This document shows, piece by piece, positions 53,753 through 60,497 of a stretch of 64,000 bases of DNA. The notes under the pieces were generated by a model. It ran no database searches. It was not told where the DNA came from and was given only the letters and a program-made list of their open reading frames with translations. The number at the start of each line of letters is the position of its first letter. The first letter of the stretch is position 1. The position numbers were made by a program, and so were the translations under genes. Source of the stretch: Cytophagaceae bacterium (GTDB lineage: Bacteria; Bacteroidota; Bacteroidia; Cytophagales; Cytophagaceae); NCBI GenBank assembly GCA_021151805.1, contig JAGKWN010000001.1, positions 10,746 through 74,745 on the forward strand. Reading direction: 5' to 3'.

Positions 53753-54430
53753 ATGAACAGATATGCAGTAATCGTGGCTGGCGGCTCCGGCTCAAGAATG
53801 GGGAGTGAAACACCAAAACAATTTTTACCGATTGGAAACGCACCTATTTTAATGCATACAATCAAACGTTTTTTTACAAGTAATGAACTTGTAAATATTG
53901 TGTTGGTTTTACCGCAAGAGCAGATCGAAAGATGGCATCAGTTATGTGAAAAATATTCTTTCTCAATTCCGCATTTGATTGTTTCCGGAGGTAAAAACCG
54001 TTTTCAATCTGTGCGTAATGGATTAAACAGCATAGGTGTGAATGAAGGGCTCGTGGCAATTCACGATGGTGTGCGACCGTTTATCAGCAAACGTATTATT
54101 GAAGAAACTTTTGCTGTTGCTGAGCAGAAAGGCAATGCTGTTGCGGCAGTAGGACTGAAAGATTCGATTCGTCTTATTGACAAGAAAGGAAATAAATCTG
54201 TTCAGCGTGAAGACTATAGAATTATTCAGACTCCGCAAACATTCAAGATCTCTCAGATCCGTGATGCTTTTCACAAGGCCGATACAGATCAGTTTACAGA
54301 TGATGCAAGTGTGGCAGAAGCGGCAGGCTATAGCATAGAACTTGTAGATGGATCGTATGAGAATATTAAAATCACTACTCCTGAAGATTTAGCAATGGCC
54401 GAGGCCATTCTGAAAAAATTCGATTATTAG
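53753..54430 (+). CDS. ispD: 2-C-methyl-D-erythritol 4-phosphate cytidylyltransferase
   Basis: ATG at 53753 gives MNRYAVIVAGGSGSRMG. The track start at 53702 is TTG. Confidence 0.92.
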   Translation: MNRYAVIVAGGSGSRMGSETPKQFLPIGNAPILMHTIKRFFTSNELVNIVLVLPQEQIERWHQLCEKYSFSIPHLIVSGGKNRFQSVRNGLNSIGVNEGLVAIHDGVRPFISKRIIEETFAVAEQKGNAVAAVGLKDSIRLIDKKGNKSVQREDYRIIQTPQTFKISQIRDAFHKADTDQFTDDASVAEAAGYSIELVDGSYENIKITTPEDLAMAEAILKKFDY

Positions 54431-54484
54431 TATCCGAAGCTTTGTTTCGTACGTATATAAGCTATACACCAAGATCCAGCAAAC

Positions 54485-54898
54485 ATGTCAGATTTGCCCA
54501 CAATTGCTGTTGTTTGTGCTGTTATTAAGCAACAGGAAAAATATTTCATCGCACAGAGAAGTGCCAGAATGAAAATGCCATTGAAATGGGAATTCCCAGG
54601 AGGTAAAGTAGAGAGCGGAGAAACAAACGTACAGGCAATTGTGCGTGAATTGAAAGAAGAACTGGATATTGATATCGATGTAATTGAAGAGCATCCATAC
54701 TACTTACACAACTATCCGAATTTCATTTTAAAATTAACACCATTGGAGGCTGTTATCAAAGGCGGGAATCTGACTTTGAAAGAGCATGCGAATTACAAAT
54801 GGGTTGCACCTGAGGATTTCATTAATTATGATTTTTCAGAAGGTGATATTAATATTGTAAAAGCGATCTGTAAACGAGACAGAGGTAACGCAGCTTAA
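54485..54898 (+). CDS. NUDIX hydrolase (MutT-like)
   Basis: 137 aa. Nudix box GGKVESGETNVQAIVRELKEELDI. Confidence 0.88.
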   Translation: MSDLPTIAVVCAVIKQQEKYFIAQRSARMKMPLKWEFPGGKVESGETNVQAIVRELKEELDIDIDVIEEHPYYLHNYPNFILKLTPLEAVIKGGNLTLKEHANYKWVAPEDFINYDFSEGDINIVKAICKRDRGNAA

Positions 54899-54947
54899 TT
54901 GATCTTACTATATTCATTGAGACTAAACGATACGTCTCATTATTCTT

Positions 54948-55412
54948 ATGAACAACAACGATATTTTACGCAGGCTCAGATACACATTTGATTTTAATGA
55001 TACTAAAATGATTGCTTTGTTTGCATTGGGCGACAAAGAGGTAACGCGTGCTGAAATAAGTAACTGGCTGAAGCGGGAGGATGATCCGGAGTTTCAGGAA
55101 CTGTATGATAGAGAGCTGGCGGTATTTTTAAATGGCTTCATCGTAGACAAGCGCGGTAAAAAAGATGGACCGGCACCGGCACCGGAAAAAAGCCTGAGCA
55201 ATAATACTATTTTCAGAAAACTTAAAATTGCGTTGAATCTGCAGGATGATGGTATACTGGAAATTCTGGCTTTGGCAGATATGGAGTTCAGTAAGCATGA
55301 GCTTAGCGCTTTATTCAGAAACCCGAGCCAAAGTCAATACAGGCCTTGTAAAGATCAGGTATTGCGTAATTTTATTCATGGCTTGCAGTTGAAATACAGA
55401 GGTGATTCGTAA
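54948..55412 (+). CDS. DUF1456 (YehS-like) protein
   Basis: 154 aa. Two copies of the NDILRRLRY.F / IFRKLKIAL type repeat. Confidence 0.7.
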   Translation: MNNNDILRRLRYTFDFNDTKMIALFALGDKEVTRAEISNWLKREDDPEFQELYDRELAVFLNGFIVDKRGKKDGPAPAPEKSLSNNTIFRKLKIALNLQDDGILEILALADMEFSKHELSALFRNPSQSQYRPCKDQVLRNFIHGLQLKYRGDS

Positions 55413-55481
55413 CGGATATATTTTCATCCCATTTTTTAGTGAAGAGTGTACAAAATGATTAGGCCTGTTAAGTAAATTTTT

Positions 55482-56063
55482 ATGGATAATGCGTCAAAGA
55501 CAATTAAAGAATGGGTAGATGAGTTTTCGTCTGACATGTTCTCATGGGCTTTTTACAAAACTTCCGATAAAGAAACTGCAAAGGATCTGGTGCAGGAAAC
55601 ATTCATAGCCGCTTTTGAGTCATTTAAATCTTTTGAAAATAGAAGTAAGCCCAAAACATGGTTATTTTCTATTCTTAAAAATAAGATTATAGATCATCAT
55701 CGAAAAATGTATAAAAATGCTGTTGTATCTTCTGATAAAATAGTTGAAGAACACAGCACTATTTTATTTTCATATTTGTTTAGCGAAGAAGGAGAATGGA
55801 GAGAAAAAAACAGCGTATCATCTTTGGAAGACAATAGCATTGAATTGCTGGACAATTTTGAATTCAACGAGGTGTTGTCCAAATGTTTTCAAAAGTTACC
55901 AATAACCTGGAATTCCGCCATTCAATTAAAATATATTGAAGATAAAGATGCCAAGGATATTTGTCAGGAATTAGATGTATCAACGTCTAACTATTGGCAA
56001 ATCATTCATAGGGCGAAGTTGCAATTAAGAGCATGTTTAGAGCAAGGCTGGTTTAAAAAATGA
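55482..56063 (+). CDS. ECF-type RNA polymerase sigma-70 family factor
   Basis: 193 aa. Region 2 is AKDLVQETFIAAFESF...WLFSILKNKIIDHHRK. Region 4 HTH is DAKDICQELDVSTSNYWQIIHRAKLQLR. Confidence 0.88.
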   Translation: MDNASKTIKEWVDEFSSDMFSWAFYKTSDKETAKDLVQETFIAAFESFKSFENRSKPKTWLFSILKNKIIDHHRKMYKNAVVSSDKIVEEHSTILFSYLFSEEGEWREKNSVSSLEDNSIELLDNFEFNEVLSKCFQKLPITWNSAIQLKYIEDKDAKDICQELDVSTSNYWQIIHRAKLQLRACLEQGWFKK

Positions 56064-56335
56064 AAAGTTATAATTCGTATTTGATATCATGTCAGAAGGC
56101 TTCTTTTTTGATTGAAAAGAAACTTGGCCATGCATTGAATTCAAAAGAAACGGTGCAACTGTTCATACATAAACTTATTTGCAATGTTTGTCGCAAATAT
56201 GAAAAACAAAGCCGTGCGCTGGACCTTATTTTAAGAAAAAAAATAGCAGAAGATGTTTCTGAGCCAGGTAATTTTTCGTTGGATGCAGAGTCATTGGATA
56301 AATTTAAGTATTTGATTAAAAGTAAATTACAGTAA
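56060..56335 (+). CDS. soluble zinc-binding (ZAS, HxxxCxxC) anti-sigma factor
   Basis: 91 aa. ATGA overlap with the sigma gene. By my count Cys11, His37, Cys41 and Cys44 (HKLICNVC). No hydrophobic segment. Confidence 0.7.
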   Translation: MKSYNSYLISCQKASFLIEKKLGHALNSKETVQLFIHKLICNVCRKYEKQSRALDLILRKKIAEDVSEPGNFSLDAESLDKFKYLIKSKLQ

Positions 56336-56428
56336 ATAAAAAATATTTTTTCTCTTTTTTGTAAGGAATCGCACGAGGCCGCGACTATACCATTGAAGTT
56401 AATCAAAACCCACAAACATTTTAACACA

Positions 56429-56722
56429 ATGGTAAAGAAAACAAAAAGTATTTTATGGTCTGCAGTAGCTGCAGGTGCAATGTTAGGATCTGCAGGCATT
56501 TTTGCGAGCTGCAGTACGGAATCAAAGGAAGTAACTACTGAAATCAAAGCAGACAGCGCCGAACAAAAATGCGGAGCTGAGAAAAAATGTGGTGCAAGCA
56601 AGGACTCAGCAGAAGCTAAGTGTGGTGCAGCGAAAGATTCTGCTGAAGCTAAATGCGGGGCTTCTAAAGCAACTGAAGCTAAATGCGGCGAAGGTAAATG
56701 CGGTGCAGATAAAAAGAAATAA
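56429..56722 (+). CDS. Cys-repeat lipoprotein-type precursor peptide (six KCG repeats), putative MNIO substrate
   Basis: 97 aa from ATG 56429. Signal/lipobox MVKKTKSILWSAVAAGAMLGSAGIFASC. Then QKCGAE, KKCGAS, AKCGAA, AKCGAS, AKCGEG and GKCGAD in a Lys/Ala/Glu/Ser-only context. Confidence 0.7.
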   Translation: MVKKTKSILWSAVAAGAMLGSAGIFASCSTESKEVTTEIKADSAEQKCGAEKKCGASKDSAEAKCGAAKDSAEAKCGASKATEAKCGEGKCGADKKK

Positions 56723-56730
56723 TCTGCTCA

Positions 56731-56760
56731 AAGGCGGAGTAGTTGCTCCGCCTTTTTTAT
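56731..56760 (+). terminator. intrinsic terminator/attenuator between precursor and MNIO gene
   Basis: ggcggag-tagttg-ctccgcc (56733-56752) is followed by tttttt. Confidence 0.75.
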
Positions 56761-56780
56761 TCATCTAATCTTTGGATAGT

Positions 56781-57614
56781 ATGATTGGTATAGGTTTTAG
56801 AAAAGACTTTGCAAAAGACTTTTTAAGTTCATCCATTCTTAAGCCTGATTTTATTGAGGTTGCTCCGGAAAATTGGATTGGCATAGGAGGTTTCTGGAAG
56901 AAGAAACTTTACGAAGCTCTGGAAAAATATCCACTATATACACATGGGCTTTCTTTGTCTATAGGTAGTCCGGATGAACTCGACTTTGAATTATTAAAAG
57001 CTATAAAAAATTTTTTAACCGAGACAGGCGCAGAGATGTACTCAGAACATTTAAGTTATTCGAAATGTGATAACGCTCATTTATACGATCTGTTACCAGT
57101 TCCATTTACAGCTGATGCTGTTATGCATATCTCGAAGCGTATTCAAACCATACAGGATTTTCTTGAACGTAAACTTGCTATTGAAATTGTAAGTTATTAT
57201 TCGCCGGTTGCGGCAGAAATGAGTGAGGTTGAATTTATAAATGCCATTCTGAAAGAAGCAGATTGCGATTTATTGCTTGATGTGAACAATATTTATGTGA
57301 ATGGATTTAATCACTCTTATGATCCTTATGCTTTTATTAGTCAGCTTCCTTTAGAAAGGGCGGCTTATATACATATGGCGGGCCATGATCAGGTTTCAGA
57401 AACATTGATTATTGATACGCATGGTGAAGCTATTATTGATCCGGTATATGATCTGTTTGAATATACAATGAATCGGGTTAATCGTGATGTTCCAGTATTA
57501 CTGGAACGCGATTTTAACATTCCTCAACTCCCCGAATTGCAAACAGAACTTGAACGGTTAAAAGCAATAAAAACAGAAACCCTGAAAAAAGAATTTTATG
57601 GCATACACCGATAG
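56781..57614 (+). CDS. DUF692 family protein (MNIO, MbnB/BufB-like multinuclear non-haem iron oxidase)
   Basis: About 277 aa from ATG 56781 (MIGIGFRKDF); the track start at 56772 is TTG. Blocks HGLSLSIGS, YSEHLSY, LLDVNNIYVN, IHMAGHD, IDTHGE and LLERD resemble the DUF692 TIM barrel. Confidence 0.8.
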   Translation: MIGIGFRKDFAKDFLSSSILKPDFIEVAPENWIGIGGFWKKKLYEALEKYPLYTHGLSLSIGSPDELDFELLKAIKNFLTETGAEMYSEHLSYSKCDNAHLYDLLPVPFTADAVMHISKRIQTIQDFLERKLAIEIVSYYSPVAAEMSEVEFINAILKEADCDLLLDVNNIYVNGFNHSYDPYAFISQLPLERAAYIHMAGHDQVSETLIIDTHGEAIIDPVYDLFEYTMNRVNRDVPVLLERDFNIPQLPELQTELERLKAIKTETLKKEFYGIHR

Positions 57615-58356
57615 TACACAACCGTATCAGCGTATGCTGGCAAATTATACGCGCACGGGTATTGAAGAAAGAATACCCGGAACGAAGCAGGAGGGAATTC
57701 AACGCTACAGAACAATGATATATAATGTAGTGAATGATTCTTTAATCACTGCATATCCATTGACAAAAGGACTCTTGACTGAAGAAGAATGGAATGATAG
57801 TGTTCAGCATTTTTTTTCATCACATGCATGTCAATCGCCTTTTTTATGGCGAATGCCATTTGAATTCCTTGAGTTTGTAAAGATGAATGAGCTAACGCTC
57901 CAAAATAAATATCCGTTTTTAAATGATTTGCTTTTATACGAATGGGTAGAAATAGAAGTGTTCATGATGGAAGATATTGATGTTACTTATACATCAAAAG
58001 GGAAAATAGAAAATGGTTTATTAATGTTAAATCCTGCATGTGTGGTTCAATACTTTCAATATCCTGTATATGATAAGCAAATACAGGGTATTTCGAAAAA
58101 AGATAAAGGGCATTATTTTTTGCTTACACACAGAAATCCTTTAACAGGGCGTGTTTCATTTCTTGAAATTGCGCCTATGTTTGCACGAATGTTCGAATTT
58201 CTTTCAGATGAAGCATATACGATCGATCAGTTAATTGATCAATTTTTAAATGAAACTTCAATAACAATCGATCTCAACAAAAAAATCGAAATAATGGATT
58301 TTTTTAAAGCATGTATTGATAAACAAATTATTCTTGGATATAAAATAACAAATTAA
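57598..58356 (+). CDS. DUF2063-like partner protein (MbnC/BufC-like)
   Basis: 252 aa, with a 17-nt overlap with the DUF692 gene. The N-terminal pattern YRTMIYNVVNDSLITAYPLTKGLL..EEW...QHFF.....QSPF.W.MPFEFLEFV matches my recollection of DUF2063. Confidence 0.6.
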   Translation: MAYTDSTQPYQRMLANYTRTGIEERIPGTKQEGIQRYRTMIYNVVNDSLITAYPLTKGLLTEEEWNDSVQHFFSSHACQSPFLWRMPFEFLEFVKMNELTLQNKYPFLNDLLLYEWVEIEVFMMEDIDVTYTSKGKIENGLLMLNPACVVQYFQYPVYDKQIQGISKKDKGHYFLLTHRNPLTGRVSFLEIAPMFARMFEFLSDEAYTIDQLIDQFLNETSITIDLNKKIEIMDFFKACIDKQIILGYKITN

Positions 58357-58367
58357 AATACACAACT

Positions 58368-58799
58368 ATGTTAACACAAAAATACGAAATGTATAAAAAA
58401 GCATTGAACAAACTTCAGGACATATCTTTATTGTTCATGCGTTTGGTCCTTGCTTATGGTTTTTATAATCCAGCATTAATGAAAGTTAAAAACATTGATG
58501 GAATTATTTCCTGGTTTGAAAGCATGGGCATGCCAATGCCTGCGTTAAATGCATATTTGGCAACGACAACTGAAGTATTGGGCGTAATATTACTCACAAT
58601 AGGTTTAGGTGTAAGGATCATTACTATCCCATTGATGATTACCATGGTTGTTGCCATCGGAACCGTTCATTGGTCTCATGGGTTTGAAGCAGGAAATAAT
58701 GGTTTTGAAATTCCTTTGTATTACATGCTTATGCTTTTTATACTGCTAACGCATGGCGCAGGGAAATATAGCCTGGATTATTTATTACGCAAAAAATAG
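58368..58799 (+). CDS. DoxX family membrane protein
   Basis: 143 aa with 4 TM segments. LFMRLVLAYGF start, typical of DoxX. Confidence 0.8.
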   Translation: MLTQKYEMYKKALNKLQDISLLFMRLVLAYGFYNPALMKVKNIDGIISWFESMGMPMPALNAYLATTTEVLGVILLTIGLGVRIITIPLMITMVVAIGTVHWSHGFEAGNNGFEIPLYYMLMLFILLTHGAGKYSLDYLLRKK

Positions 58800-58868
58800 T
58801 ACCTATAGTTTATTTTCAGAAAACACCAGTATATTTTATGATGCTGGTGTTTTATTTTCTGTCAACGT

Positions 58869-60200
58869 TTATATTGTTGAAGTTGTATTCGGTATTTCAA
58901 TCAGAAATTGTGTGAAGGAATTTACTCTTGATTTTACAGTTATTGTTCCGTTTAGTTTCTCAACCATTTCTTTAACGATATACAAGCCTAGCCCGGAGCC
59001 TGTGCTTTGATTGCTTGCCCTGTAAAACATATCAAAAACATGCTCGATATATTCAGTCGGAATTCCGATGCCATTATCTTTGATCAGAATGATTGTTGAT
59101 TTTTTTGTGCTGGAAATATCAATATCCATGCTGGGTTGTTCTGCTTCTTTGCGGTAGTATTTGAAGGAGTTTGAAATCAAATTATTCAGAATGGTTTTAA
59201 TTCTGTATGGATCGGAATACAAGTAGAATGGTGTATTGATCCGGATTGTTTTTTTCATTGCACCAGCCTGTTCAAAGAAACTAAGTTCTTCAAAAATATC
59301 ATTCAGTATAGATTCAAATTGTATCGGTTGTGTGATTAAATCTGTTTTTAAATTTCTGGAAAGCTGAATGATCTGCTGAATATGCAAGTCTAATTTGTTG
59401 ATGCAATTTTCCTGCATGCGTACCAGTTCTTGAATAGAATCTGGATCTTTTTCATTTTTGATCAGCGTTACAAGTCCCATGAGCGAAGTTAATGGAGCCC
59501 GCATGTCATGCGAGGTACGATATACGAAGCTGTCTAATTCTTCATTTAGTTTTTTCAGGGAATTATTTTTTGAGAGTAGTTTATTGTTCAGGCCGGTGAG
59601 TTTTAAATTTATAAATTGATTAACCCGGAGAATTACATAGAAAAATAAAATACAGAAAAGTATTGTTGTGATATAGTTGAATTCATATTCATACAAGTTT
59701 GTTGTTGTATCATTACCCAACAATTTGTAATCCGTTGTTTCTAAAATAACAATCAGTGTGCTTGTAATCGCAAGTGAAAGTAAAATGTATTTATAATCTT
59801 CAATACTATAAAAGGCAAACGTTGCAAAGATGATAATCAGCATGGCAAGGTTCATTCCTGATTCGCGACCCAGCGATGCTGCTTTGACGAACATGAATAC
59901 ACTTCCGATTACCATCATAATCAACTTGGCCTGATTGTAATTTCCTTTTTTGATCAGGAATAAAACAAAAGGTATGACCGTAGAAAAGAATAATAAATAA
60001 TTCAGGATGATCAGAAAGGAGAGTTTGAAAAATATTCCGATCACTAAATAGATAGAACCAAATAGCACTGCTACCAGACACATAGCCACAAGTAATTCAA
60101 TACGTATGATTTCGTCATACGGAACTTGTCTGGCGGATAAACTTCTCAGGTCAATGAATTTGCGTATTATCCGGCCGCGGATAAAATCCAATATTTGCAT
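58869..60200 (-). CDS. membrane sensor histidine kinase
   Basis: 443 aa. About 6 N-terminal TM segments, H-box SHDMRAPLTSL, and the G-boxes DNGIGI and GSGLGLYIVK. Confidence 0.88.
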   Translation of the reverse strand: MQILDFIRGRIIRKFIDLRSLSARQVPYDEIIRIELLVAMCLVAVLFGSIYLVIGIFFKLSFLIILNYLLFFSTVIPFVLFLIKKGNYNQAKLIMMVIGSVFMFVKAASLGRESGMNLAMLIIIFATFAFYSIEDYKYILLSLAITSTLIVILETTDYKLLGNDTTTNLYEYEFNYITTILFCILFFYVILRVNQFINLKLTGLNNKLLSKNNSLKKLNEELDSFVYRTSHDMRAPLTSLMGLVTLIKNEKDPDSIQELVRMQENCINKLDLHIQQIIQLSRNLKTDLITQPIQFESILNDIFEELSFFEQAGAMKKTIRINTPFYLYSDPYRIKTILNNLISNSFKYYRKEAEQPSMDIDISSTKKSTIILIKDNGIGIPTEYIEHVFDMFYRASNQSTGSGLGLYIVKEMVEKLNGTITVKSRVNSFTQFLIEIPNTTSTI

Positions 60201-60279
60201 GGGGAGCCAAATCTTAGATACGACTCAAATATAACGCAATAATTTTGAATAAAGTACCTGTGATTGAAATGGTTATTCC

Positions 60280-60495
60280 CTAATCTATTTTTTTGAATCT
60301 TGGAGTGGATATGCCATTAAGGAGAATGTGTTCTGAAAACATAGCTAAAGGACGTACCCAGAGTTGTCCGGGGCTTTTTACTGCAAAATAAACAACTAGA
60401 TCTTCTTCTGTTTCACTGTGTTTGGCGGTGCCTATTACTTCGTATTGGTTTCCTTTATAATGCAAATAGAGGCCCGGGCTGATCAGGTTAGACAT
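60280..60495 (-). CDS. DUF1653 domain protein
   Basis: 71 aa. YLHYKGNQYEVIG...HSETEEDLVVY...LWVRPLAMF. Confidence 0.7.
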   Translation of the reverse strand: MSNLISPGLYLHYKGNQYEVIGTAKHSETEEDLVVYFAVKSPGQLWVRPLAMFSEHILLNGISTPRFKKID

Positions 60496-60497
60496 GG

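Noticed and set aside
56393-56428. TTG-initiated 12-residue extension (MKLIKTHKHFNT) of the precursor peptide.
   Set aside because: An in-frame ATG at 56429 gives a canonical n-region (MVKKTK) in front of the hydrophobic core. The extension would put 12 extra polar residues ahead of the signal peptide.
55413-56428. Attempt to identify ECF-type -35/-10 promoter boxes upstream of the sigma gene and upstream of the precursor (for example tgtaaggaatc...cgacta at about 56360-56388).
   Set aside because: The two upstream regions do not share a convincingly aligned motif by eye. I cannot support a call without transcription start site data or comparative alignment.
56092-56601. 169-aa minus-strand ORF antisense to the anti-sigma factor and the KCG-repeat precursor.
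   Set aside because: It spans an intergenic gap and mirrors two plus-strand genes that carry strong motifs (ZAS HxxxCxxC; signal peptide plus repeats). Its Ala/Ser/Phe-rich sequence is the expected complement of the Lys/Ala/Glu codons.
58753-59010. 85-aa plus-strand ORF bridging the DoxX end and the histidine kinase end.
   Set aside because: It overlaps the 3' ends of two well-supported convergent genes and has no motif support.
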